A stretch of DNA of 64,000 nt, from contig CM059433.1 of assembly GCA_030390025.1 (NCBI GenBank), forward strand, positions 19,594,001 to 19,658,000, given 5' to 3'. The stretch is from Squalus acanthias (Eukaryota). The notes beneath the pieces are model-generated. The model did no database searches, was not told the DNA's origin, and saw nothing but the letters and a program-made list of their open reading frames with translations. Positions within the stretch are counted from its first letter, which is position 1; every line of letters starts with the position of its first letter. Below are positions 48,978 through 60,856 of this stretch, in pieces. The position numbers and the translations under genes were made by a program.

Positions 48978-49612
48978 GTGGGTGAAATTGGTCTTCTGCG
49001 AAAGTGCAAAATGGGCAACAGTGAATCAGTAGCCCGATTATCTCATCCATTGATTGTGTCAGCTGTGGCTCAGTGGGTCGCACTCTCGCCTCTGCGTCAG
49101 AAGGTTGTGGGTTCAAGTCCCACTCCAGGTACTTGAGCACATAATCCAGGCTGACACTTTAGTGCAGTACTGAGGGAGTGCTGCACTGTCGGAGGTGCCG
49201 TCTTTTGGATGAGACATTAAACCGAGGGTCCGTCTGCCCTCTCAGGTGGATGCAAAAGATCCCATGGCACTATTTCGAAGAAGAGCAGGGGAGTTCTCCC
49301 CAGTGTCCTGGCCAATATTTATCCCTCAACCAACACCTAAAAACATTACCTGGCCGTTGTCACAGTGCTGTTTGTGGGGCCTTGCTGTGCGTAAATTGGC
49401 TGTTGTGTTTCTTACATTACAACAGTGCCTACACTTCAAAAGTACTTTATTGGCTGTAAAGAGCTATGGGATGTCCTGAGGTTGTGAAAGGCGCTATATA
49501 AGTGCAAGTCCTTTCTTTCTTTATGGGAAAAGATCATTGGGCATGGTGTTAAATAGGCTGCCAATTCACTATTGCCTGGTTCTTGCTGTCGCAGGAGACC
49601 AATTTCACCCCC
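48978..49612. mobile_element. Fold-back Harbinger-type MITE with a SINE in its centre
   Basis: ~60-bp imperfect TIRs gggtgaaattggtcttctgcga.. / ..tcgcaggagaccaatttcaccc. Confidence 0.75.
49056..49522 (+). mobile_element. Full-length tRNA-derived SINE (SacSINE1/DeuSINE-like, L2-type tail)
   Basis: Pol III A box TGGCTCAGTGG (49066-49076), B box GGTTCAAGTCC (49110-49120), central gatgagacattaaaccgagg..aaaagatcccatggcact domain, L2-like end aaggcgctatata..(cttt)n. Confidence 0.88.
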
Positions 49613-50519
49613 AAGGTCTCACTGCAATATGACGCTGAACTAATGCTGTGAGCTACAAGTGTACCAATGCTTGAGGGGTTCATCTGAAATTTCTATCTGA
49701 GTGCAGGCATTGACCCATTTTAAATCAATTGGTTCACATCTGGTATTCCCTCACCAAAAGGGTGGGAAGGTGTCCTGCTCCTTAGCCCTTGGAAAGGCCA
49801 ATTTGTGAACCACTGACTCGGAGGTACAGAGGAGTGGCCAGGAGGAACTTTCACGCTGACTTCTCTTCTTCACTTCCTATGAGCAAGCACGCTCCCTCTG
49901 ACAGTGTTGTGTACTGTGCAGAGGAAATCACGTTCAGAATTTCATTGCCCATCCACGAGATCATGTACTGCATCGCCAACCAGTGTGCCAATGTGCTGCA
50001 GTGTTTTTTTATTCCACCTTAAATGCGTTTGTTATTGATTAATTGTATGTCCCTGGCCTTGCTTGAATAGGTTCATGCTGAAAGAAGACTAATTGCAACA
50101 GCAATGATCTTCCAGCAGATTTCACTAAAAGTGCACTGATAGGCAAAAAAAAATTCCAAGTAATTGGTTGCGTAAAACAAGATGAGATAAACATACAGTT
50201 CCCAAAATTCATGGGGTGGAGAGGGCAGTAGCAGATACATCCAGTGCGGGGTGGGGGGGAGCAGAAAATGGGCAGATCAGCCTCTCCTGGGATTCCACTG
50301 CATTTCAAATGGACCTTGAAGTTTCTGTGGGGAATGATAGGGTGGGGGTGGAGGGTGGGTATCAGCATCCCTTCCACCCACTCACGCAGGTCATGGGATC
50401 ATGCTGGTTGTGAGGGGGTGGCGGGGGACGGGGGGAGGGGGGCGGTTCCTAGGAAATTCCTCCCTTTACACCCGTAAGAGACATCAGTGGAACTCACATC
50501 AGTGGAGACCTGGTCCCTC

Positions 50520-50673
50520 CTAGCTGATAAGGGAATTAAGGGTTATGGGGAGCGGGCAGGGAAGTGGACGTGAGTCTAGGTTCGGATCAGCCATGATCCT
50601 ATTGAATGGCGGAGCAGGCCCGAAGGGTCGTATGGCCTACTCCTGCTCCTACTTCTTATGTTCTTATGTTCTT
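50520..50673 (+). mobile_element. CR1 3' end fragment
   Basis: aagggttatgggg..gatcagccatgatc..(ttcttatg)n. Confidence 0.8.
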
Positions 50674-50939
50674 TGAGGCCTTCTAAAGGCTGATTGATTA
50701 CCTTCTCAGGTTGGAGTAGCTGAATGGGAACTGAAGAATTCAAAATAAAAGTTTAAAAGTCCCTGGCTATCGGAGATGGGGAGCTCCCAGCTGACACAAT
50801 TAAATAAAAGCCACCCACATGTCATACGGCACTCAGTCATGTTGACTTGGTTTCAACAGCGAGTGAAATATGATGATCATCATAATGATAACTTGCAACA
50901 CATTTTTACCTTACCAGGACTAATTCTTGTCTTTTATCT

Positions 50940-53148
50940 CCCACAGGGCCTTCATGTGTGCCGCATAAGTCGGTGGAAGTGGCCGACGACGAATCCTCGG
51001 AGGAGCTGAGTCCTTTTGAGGGTGCACCATCACGGGACTCATGCAGACCGTGCACCAGCTCAGATACTCGCACTTCGGTGGGAGTAGTAAGGCAGATAGT
51101 TGGGTTTTCACCTGATGATTCACACTTCACAAGAGAGAAAGAGCAGATGGTGGTGAGAGGGACTGCAGTGGAGAGTCCGTGTCGGAGGGCGCAGGCCTCT
51201 CCTAGCTCTGCTCGACTGCACACACATGCTGTACCCCGGGGGTGTCGATGAAAAGGATGCAGCAGCAGATTACGTGCGATGCCACTCACCATGATTGCAC
51301 AGAGAATGGAGGAGTCCACCTCAAGCATGAAGGGGTTGATGCCACACACCATTGAGATGATGTGTTCTTCCGTGGATAGAGTGACCAACGCCACGGAACA
51401 GCAAACGCTCCAATCAAATGAGTCCATGCACGCCTTGACCACGGTCATGCAGACTCTGGATGCCAACATGTGGTTGTTGCATTTCCTTGTGACATGGGTC
51501 CACTGGAGCAACATTGCATTAATAAGGGCAGCCCTGGCATTCCAGGCAGCAATGTGAGCATCTGGTAGTGCATTGCCCTCATCACCCTCCTCCTCCTCCT
51601 CCTTGCCTTCCTTCTCCCCCTCCGAATTGTCCGAGGAGGATCTGAGCTATTCGCCTTGTTGGGCAGACGCAACAAACCATGACCATTCTGGAGACCCTGG
51701 CTGGTGCCTACTGAAGGGCGCCTCCAGATCTGTCTAGGCACCTGAAACACATCTTCAGCATTCCGATGGCCTGTTCAATCACACATCTGGTGATGATATG
51801 GCATTCATTGTAGCACTGTTGGGTTTCAGTGGTCGGATTTCTGACGGGTGTCATAAGCCATGTTTAAAGTGGGTATCTGTTGTCACCTAACAGCCACCCC
51901 TTACGTCTGCTTGCAGGTCGAAGACATCAGGGAGCTTGGACTGCCATAGGACAAAAGCATCATGGCAGCTGTATGGGAATCTTGTGCACACCTACATAAG
52001 GCTCTTTTTCTGGTTGCACACCAGCTGCACATTGATGGAGTGCAAGCCCTTGCGGTTGACAAATACTCCTGGTTGTTCTGGGGGTGCCCTGATTGCCACG
52101 TGTGTGCAGTTGATGACTCCCTGCACCTGTGGGAAGCCATCCAGAGACACAAACCCGAGCGCCCGCTCATTCTGACTGGCCTTATCGCAGGCAAAGTTCA
52201 CATAACTGGCCAGCCCTGGAAAACAAGCCCTCAGTCACCTGTCTTATGCACTAGTGGGCCACTGACTGGGAGAGCCTGGATATGTCTGCGGCAGAGCCCT
52301 GGAAGGATCCGGAGGCAAAAAAGTTGAGGGCGGTGGTGACTTTTAGAGCCACTGGTAACGCGTGGCCACCAGGTCCAGCAGGGAGCAGGTCTTCTTCCAG
52401 GAGGCTGCAGATGTCTGCCACCATCTGACGCAAAATCCAGAGCCTCCTGACACACTGATGTTCAGACATGTCAAGGAAACTCAGCCTCTGCCTGTACACC
52501 CTGTTTCGTGGGTCGTGCCTCCTGTGAGCGTCCCCTCTCTGCTAGTCCCTCTCTGGTGCTGCCCTCTGTGACCAGCAGGCTGTTGGTGCTGGCTGGTCAT
52601 GTTGCTCCTCATCTGAGGTCCAATCTAAGGCAGCATAATCGGCACTCATCCTGAGCTGATAGAGCAAAGCTCCAAAGTGTTGAGAAAACCTCCAAGGTAT
52701 TGAAGAAAGCTCCAAAGTGTAGAAAGTCAACTCTCAGCAAAGGTACTGTGAACAAACCCTTTCCCATTTGCAGGTAAGAAAGCAGCTGTGAGTACTGAGT
52801 ATTTATTGCCAAATTTCCCTGAGATTGATTCAGCCCCCGCAATTGCTGCTGTGCTCTCGCCTTGCTTTCACTGGCGAGTTTCAGGAAGCCCGGGAAACCC
52901 GTGCAACCGACGTTAAACTCAAAATCTGTGTAATTGAGCGATTAGCATATGTTAATTGGCATCCCACCTCTCCCGAGGGGGTTGCGCGCGTGCAGCCTAA
53001 CGCTCTGGAGTGAAACCCGGAAGATGGCGGGTGGGAGCCGGCTTCCCAATGCACTCATCCTGAGATGATAGAGCAAACCTCCAATCTCTGGTTTTGCCCC
53101 ATCACCCGCACCCAAACCCATGCGCTCCACCACTTTAAAATTCGCCCC
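50940..53148 (-). mobile_element. Defective Harbinger transposon: transposase pseudogene on minus strand (~51560-52650), partner-gene remnant on plus strand (~50948-51557)
   Basis: YRQRLSFLDMSEHQCVRRL, LKVTTALNFFASGSFQG, GFPQVQGVINCTHVAI, NRKGLHSINVQLVC; one TIR-like end taaaattcgcccc at 53148; other end not located. Confidence 0.85.
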
Positions 53149-55089
53149 TTCGTGTCTGTTACTGTAGAGAAATGGAACTGACTGATGGTCATAGAAATTC
53201 AATTCATAAGAGAATGTACGAGAGAGGTCTTCAAATATACTCGGAACACTATATATAGCATTTCTTTCTCCTCAACAACTCTCAGCTCTCTCTTAAGCCA
53301 AGTACTTGAATCCTGCTCTTTTATCTGGAGAACCTGCTCCAATACTTTCCTGACACACTCCTGGACAGGGTATAAGAAAAAACTTGTCCCCTGTTCAAGG
53401 ATCCTTCTCTCACCTCTGGCTGCCATCTTCCCTCTGGGTTCTAGCCTTTATTTAATTGATACGACTATGGTCATTACTTCGACCTTAAATTTCCCCTCAT
53501 TCCTCCTAAGCTCAATAAATGCCTTTCTACATGCTCTTCCTCCTCCTTGCATCTCAGTATTTTAAATTCAAGATTCATTGCACTTTGCCAGTTCTTTCTC
53601 AGGACCTCAGAACTGAGTGCAACATCCCAGTCTTCCCTTTCCCCTACAATCCAAAGCTTTTAAAATCTGAGCTTGGCATCATCTAATCACTTCTTGATTT
53701 ATCTTGTCTTAGTTCAAGCTCTTGGTAACCTGACCTTTGGCGCTTCACTTAGATTTCTCGATAAAAAAAAATCATACCCATATTTCTTTCTGACTTCATT
53801 TTACCAGATATTGAACAATTCTCTTGACATCATAAAACTGAGGTATATTTACCTTTGATAGAATTTTATTTATTGCTTGCCTGTGATAATTATTTTGTCC
53901 ACTGCTGAACATTTATTGTGAAGCTTCTAAGTTAAGAAGAATAAAGAATATGTGAAGTGAAGCAATTTTTAAGAAACAAGGGTTTCTCTAAGGTCACCCA
54001 ATTATTTATATGTAATTCATAATTTCCAACAAGAAGAAGTCTGTCAGTAACTCTGCCCGGTGGAGTGGCACAGATGAAAACCCTCCTCACAAACCTTTCC
54101 TTCAAAACTAGCTCCACTTCCGCAGCCATCAAAGTGGAGGCTGGGTGTGGGGCTGAGGCATCACTTGTCTGCAGACTCCTGCCTGCACCATAAGGATCCC
54201 TTTTCCTTGATCTTGGCCTGCCACTTTTTAATCCCCTGCCCCTTCAGCCTTGGCAAAGGCTGCCGATGGGATGAGATGCCTTTTAATGTTCTCCAGATGC
54301 TTTCTAAATGATCCCCCTTCCTTTAAGTCTGACTTACACACAATTTTCTTTTCCTACCAGTGATGTCATCCCAAGAGCTGTGGGAATTTGCACATGGAGT
54401 TGGGAATAATTAGGCAAATGAGGTTAGATCAGAAAAGTGGGGACATTTAGACTTGAGGTTCAGGCAGTACAAAACACCTGAAGGTGGAAACATGCCGTGG
54501 GTGATGTTTGTGTCCCTTCCACTTGGTGCTTTAAAAATAGGGACCAAAATTGCATGTGGAATGGAAGTGGTGACTTACAGCTGAGTTCCTGCCCATGCTG
54601 TTTTTTGGGAGCACCTTGATCTAGGCGGCCAGAGCACCCACCGAAAACAGACGAGAGACTCGTGAAGTTATGCTAATTGGGGTCAAATACTGTAGTTATG
54701 GCCCCCAATGACATTTTTGTCTCTGCCCACCTGATTACCATCAGTTCCTGCTCCTGCCCACCAAATATGGCGGTAGAATCGGGAGGTGGCCATTTTCAGT
54801 GTCCATTAAAGGACTCCTCAGCTGGGGTTGGGGAAAGGTGGAAACAGGTTTGGCACAACTGTCCTTAGAAACAAATAAAGCTGAGCAAAATGAAATTTCC
54901 TAATCTCTTAGTGGTTAAATGCACCACCCAGTGTGGCACTTTCCCATAACTCCCAAGGAGGTCACCTGTCAATATCTTATCTGTGCTTTTATCATTATTT
55001 AGTGTGTGCAGACACAGTGTATAATTCCAACCATCTTAGAGCATTGCCATCAACAGCATACAAAACGTGTAGGCCACCAGATAGTGGGC

Positions 55090-55760
55090 ATAATTCAAGG
55101 ACGGTTGTATTTGTCTGCAAGGACATTGTTGCCATCATAAAGGGTGACTATTTCAGGTGTACTTTCCCTGTCCAGTTTGAAAGTGGTTGAGAAACACCCA
55201 ACTATGACGTGGCCAGTTGAATCCTGGTTGACTGTCTGTAGGGTCGGAGATGTCATGATGATTTATAGAATCATTTGCTGTCCACTCTTCACGCCAGACA
55301 GTTGGTCAGGAAAAGTCAAAGGAATCAGGAAAGGTTGACCATATTGGTGCCTTAAAGAGAACAAATCAGAATGAATTGGCAGCATAATTTTGTCACAAAA
55401 TCTTTTCACCAATTTTGCTGCTGCATCTAATCAACAAAGTTGCGGAGGAGTCATGTTGCAGAGGACTGGTAACGCTGGGAGGGAAGTAGAGTGCAATGTG
55501 CCTGACACGAGACACATAGTAACATGCACTTGAGTATCCACCAGCTTAATGTATGGTGAGCGAGCACAAACAGGAGCACAATATTCCACAACTGAGTAGC
55601 AGAGTGCGAGGTCGAATGAGCGCAGAGAGCAGGCATTTGCTCCCCACACAGAGCTGACAAATTTAGCGATTTAGGTTATTTTAGGTTTTGACTTTCTCAG
55701 CAGTTTTCAATAGATGATTTTTTTTTTGTAGGCTGGTGACTGGTTGAGGGTGATGCCCAG
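55090..55760 (-). mobile_element. Degenerate Vingi/Ingi (I-group) LINE fragment
   Basis: WGANACSLRS..LALCYSVVEYCAPV.ARS.Y.KLVD......LVSGTL.ST.LP.LPVL.N.TPP matches the Vingi RT C-terminal pattern as I recall it. Confidence 0.7.
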
Positions 55761-55908
55761 GTAAACAGGGTGAGCTAAATTAGCTATTCTCAGCCAAGAA
55801 AGTCCTTGGGGGCATGAAACTTAATTACAATGGCCCCTTGGCTGAAGAGGGGAAAAGAAAATCATGTCATTCCTAGTTGTTATCTACCAGTCCCTGCTAG
55901 AATGTATT

Positions 55909-56137
55909 TGACGTAAGAAAACTACTAGGCACTTGGTCTGAGTATTAAACAAGGCTTTAATCAACTGTTTTTCAACATGGAGGTCTAGTTGTGTCCTTCA
56001 CTAGTTCCTGTTAAAGAATGTCCTGAGCAAGCTGGGCCCATGCCTGAGTATTTATACTCTCCCTGGACAGCGCCACCAGCAGACCACCCAGTATTATTTC
56101 ATAAGTCATTTCCACATGAATGACAAGATTCATGTCA
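55909..56137 (-). mobile_element. Short solo LTR (229 bp), copy 2
   Basis: Reverse complement of 1590-1807 with 11 extra bp; perfect 5-bp TSD GTATT. Confidence 0.88.
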
Positions 56138-58036
56138 GTATTTGTATAGGCATTGGCTGAGGGCAAGACTTGGATATCCCAGTGGTTAAATAGGCTACTG
56201 ATTCTCATAGTCTGGGCACCCACATGAGGAATTGCCACATCAGTAAATTGCTGAAGGATTGCTTTCACCCAGAGAACTGTAATCCAGCAGCAGTCTATGC
56301 CATTAGAAAGGGGAGAAAATTGGGGATAACAAATGATCAGATGGCACACAGCAAAACATTCATGGAATTGTTATTGTATTGCAGCTGAGAAGAAGAGCGA
56401 TAAGCTACTGCCCCAAGGGTTACAGATGATACTAGGAGTATATTATTATAATAACCCAAGCAAAGTGCGAAGGGAGCAATGCACTTAAGAGCCATCAGTT
56501 AACCAATCACAGCTCAGAAATTGGTCAGCATACATTTTATTTTACCCTTATATTGTTTTTTTTTAAACTTTGTGCTTTATTATTGAGGCTGTCCAAACAA
56601 TTTTAGATAGTGGTTTGTGATGCCCATGGGTGATAGACTACATTCAATTGCCTACTAATGTCAATTTTCCAACACATGGACCAAAGGGTATAGTAAATTT
56701 AACTATAAACTTAAAAAAGTCCCAGAAATGACACACTGCAACTTTGAATTTGGTGAAAGATATCTTGATGTACAGTTCCAAGAAAAACAAATCAATTTGC
56801 TGCCAGACACATGTCAGAAGGTATTGACACACAAAGTGACATAGTGTCACCTTATGGTTATTAAAGTCAGTGATGTAACACCCACCATGCAGGATCTTGA
56901 AGTGGTCTCACCTCCTTAATTTGAAGCCTGTGTGAAGTCAGAAAGGCAACAATCTCTCAAAGCCATACTTAATGGTGACCACAGACCATTCTTTCATAAT
57001 AATTCTGAGCAGGAATCTAATCTGGCTGATATAGCTGCTCGTTTTAAGCAGCCTATTTTATCAAATCTACGTAGTTCCTGTTTGATGAGATTTCCCTGTA
57101 TTACAAAAGGTCTTGATGTGCTTTCATTCTCCTGTATGGAACCTAATATAGCTCACTGAAATGTACTCAGTGAACGGGTCGATGACAGGCACGGAACATA
57201 GTTATCACTTTGGGCAATGGCTGACTAAAAGGCATGCCTGGACTCTCCAAAATATCACTTCTCACTTTAATTCTTCGTAACGTGCAAATTTGACAATATG
57301 TCCCAGCTGTGTTGTGCCCTCACATTTTTTTAAATGTATCGCAGCTCCAATTGTGGTTTACTTTAGCTTTCATTACTTTTGGTTGATTCAGACAACCATT
57401 TGGTCTGCTGGTTGTTTCTAATCATTTAACTTTTTTCTCAAAAATAAACACAACCCACAAAGATGAGTTTGGCGAGTTTGAAGTTGCGAGTGCAGTGATG
57501 TAGCAGATATACCCACAGTGTTGCACTTGTGGAGGCATCTGATTTAATTAGTTAAAAATCTCAGTAAATTTTCTTTATTCAACAATGACTCAAACTTGTG
57601 TAAAAATAAAATGGATTTTAGATTATTAAATCATTTGGAAAAAAAACAGTATCAATTTATTTAATGCTTAGGGTGATCCTGTACTGCATCAATCAGCATT
57701 AGTGGATCATTAGTTCAAATTTAGTGATCCAATCCAGTGAGCTGCCCCAGTGAGTATTAATTCCCTGTGGGATCATAAAATCTGAGAACCTAATACAAAT
57801 ATCAAAGTACAGTAGTACCAACAAGTCTAAACTGTGTTCCATTTTTTCCATTGTAGAAATATGGAGGTTCTGTGCTGGAAGACCTCAATTGCCTAGAAAT
57901 TAATGTCAGTGTTAGGTGTGATGGCCCAGTAAAATCAGGAGTGTAAAGTATTACACAGCTCCTGGCCAATTTGTGCTCAATTACAAATTGTTCAAGAGGA
58001 GAGGCTTCTGTGCGTAAATGCACACGACGATCCTGT

Positions 58037-60050
58037 AACAACAACTTGCATTTGCATTGCCCCTTTAATGTGATACAATATTCCAAGGTGTTCCAGCGTT
58101 GAAGACAAATAGATCAAGCAGTAGAGGATTGAGGAAAGTTGGCTCAGTCAAAAAGCTTGTTTTGAGGAGATTTTTAAAGGTGGTGAGGGAAGTACTGTAG
58201 TAAGGTGGAGAGGGAGCTTCGCAGCGTGATGCCAAGACAGCTGATAGCTTATTTTTTTATATTTGTTCTTGGGATGTGCCCTAATAAGGTGGCAGTGGGC
58301 AATATTCCTGAGCTGCTGCAGTCCTTATGGTGAGAGTGGTGCTAGTTAATGAATTCCAAGATTTTGACCCAGTAACAATGAAGGAATGGTGGTATATGTC
58401 CAAGTCAGGATAATGTGTGACTTGGAGGGAAGCTTGAAGGTGGTGATGTTCCCATGATCTTGCTGTTAATGGTGGTAGAGGTTGCTGTTAAAGTAACCTT
58501 AATGAGTTGCTGAAGTGCATCCCATAGATCATACAGACTGAAATGTGCTAGTTGGCGGGGGTGGATACTGAGTCCAGTGCCAGGGGTGCCGATCAAGTGG
58601 TGCTAGATGGTGTTCAGCTTCTTGAGTGTTGTTGCAGCTGCATCCATCTACATAAGTGGTGAGTATTCCATCACACTGCTGGCTTGAGCCTAGTAGATGG
58701 TGGAGAGGCTTTGAGCTGTCAGGAGGTGAGCCAATCATCACAAGTGTACATAGTCTCTGTCTTCTCTTGTAGTCATGTTGTTGATGTGGCTGGTCCAGTT
58801 AAGGTTGTGATCAATCGTTACCCCTAGGATGTGAATGGTACTGGACCCAGTAATGGTGGTACTATTGAAGAGCAGGGAGAGGTGGCTGGATCTTTTTTTT
58901 ACTTGGAGATGGTCATTGCCTGGCACTTATGTGGCATGAATATTACTTGCTACTTATCAACCAAGCCTGGATGTTGTTCGGGTCCTCCTTATAGGCTAGC
59001 ATGAGCTACTTCAATGGAAGAGTTGTGAATGGAACTAAACGCTGCAGAATCATCATTAAACAGCACTGCTCCTGACCTTACGATGGAGGAGAGGTCATTG
59101 GTAAAGCAGCTGAAAAATGGTTCACCCAAGGACCTTACTCTGAGGAACTCCTGCCGTGATATCCTGGAGTTGTGATGATGGACCTCCAACAACCACAACC
59201 ATGTTCCTGTGTGTCAAGTATGACTCCAACCACTGGAGTGTTTTGCTCTCAACTCCCATTGACTTCAGTTTTGCTTGGGCTTCTTGGTGCCAGACTCGGT
59301 CAAATGCTGTCTTGATGTTGAGAGCAGCTACTCTCACCTCTTCTCTGATGAGGTTTGGTATCACACGGTTCTGGTGAACTGTGAGTAAGCAATTTACTTC
59401 CATCACTTTGCTGATGATTGGGAGAAGGCTGATAATCCAGATTTTGACCGGATTAGATTTGTACTTTTTGTGGATAGGACATATCTAATCTTCCATATTG
59501 TCGGGTTGATGCCGTTGGCATAGCTGCCCTGGAATAACTTTGCTGGGGGGACAGCTAGATCATGTGCACAGCTCTTCAGCATTACAGTCGGGGTGCTGTC
59601 AAGGCCCATAACTTTGCTGTATCCAGTGCAATCAGCCATCTCTTAATGTCACAGGGAGTGAACTGAATTGGCTGGACACTGGCATCTATGATAGTGGGGA
59701 CCTTGGGAAGGGGCTGGGTGTGATGGTACTTTTGACTGAAGATGTTTGCAAACAGTTCAGCCTTGTCTCTTTGTATCCACTTGCTAGGATTTTCCACAGT
59801 TGAGAATGGGGCTGTTCGTGGAACCTCCTCCTCCTCCCATAAGTTGCCTGATTGTCCACTTTCATTCTCGATTCGATGTGGTAGGGTTACAGAGCTTTGC
59901 TCTAATACATTGGTAGTGGGACCACTTAGCTCTTTCCACAGCCTCTGTGAGTCCATGAGTATGTGACAGGCTGTTGCTTGACCAGTATGTGGGACAGCTC
60001 TCCCGACTTGGGGACCAGTCCCCAGATGTTAGTGAGAGGGATTTTGCAGC
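58037..60050 (-). mobile_element. Old L2 tail (~58037-58240) followed by a degenerate second-family CR1-group LINE (~58255-60050)
   Basis: ALNIKTAFDRVWH, WLESYL..VVVVGG, AGVPQ, KAELFANIFSQK fragments. Confidence 0.8.
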
Positions 60051-60856
60051 TTTAATTGGACTGATATGGCCTGAGTCTTGTCCTGGGTCTTTGATAGGCT
60101 CCCTGGACAGATGACAGTTCTGCCCCTCAAGGTCTCCAAGATCATTATTGTCTGCTACACGCTACATAACTTTTCCATTAAAAATTGATATATCTATGGA
60201 GGAAGAAGAGCAGAATCCAGAAGACTTGCTGGTGCAGGAGGGAAATGGTGACACTGTGAAAGTAGCTCCTGAAACATTAGTCCAGCTAGGAAGACTGGTG
60301 TGCTAGGTGTTAAGACAAAATAAATTTAACAAAGTGCTGAACTGCTCCTTTTATGAAACCTTCTGTCCACATTTACAAAATAAGGCTTGTACTGCTTGGG
60401 TTCATCTCCAGTTCATGCCTACCCAAGTCGATTATATGCCATCTTGAGCTTCCAGTAGATTCGTAGTCTTGAGATACTGGAAATAAGTGGAGTGCAGACA
60501 GTGTCATGCAGCTGCCGATCTTTAAGATCTCACTATCTGATACTAAATTAGCATGCAGCTAGCTTGCCTTACAAGGATTCCTTAAGTGAAGCACCTTGAA
60601 GACTTAATAACAACAGAAAACGCTGGAAAAACTCAGCAGGCGAGGCAGCATCTGTGGAGAGAGAAACAGAGATAACGTTTCAGGTCGAGACCTTTCATCA
60701 GAACTGGAAACAGCAGGAAATCAAATAGATTTAAGGCAAGGATAAAGCTGGGAAAAGGGGGACAAGACTCTTCCCACCTACATCCGCGACTCTTCCGACG
60801 CCCTCCGCCATTTTAACAGTTTCCAGTTTCCCGGCCCCAACCGCCTCCTCTTCACT

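Noticed and set aside
49056..49130. tRNA gene
   Set aside because: A and B boxes run into a SINE body and L2-like tail that recur several times in the window; no clean acceptor stem or terminator.
53185..53565. ORFs MAARGERRILEQ.. and MVIEIQFIRE..
   Set aside because: Short, with no recognisable domain or splice structure; cannot be assigned without a search.
1590..56137. One giant element bounded by ~220-bp inverted repeats
   Set aside because: Each copy has its own distinct 5-bp TSD, so they are independent insertions.
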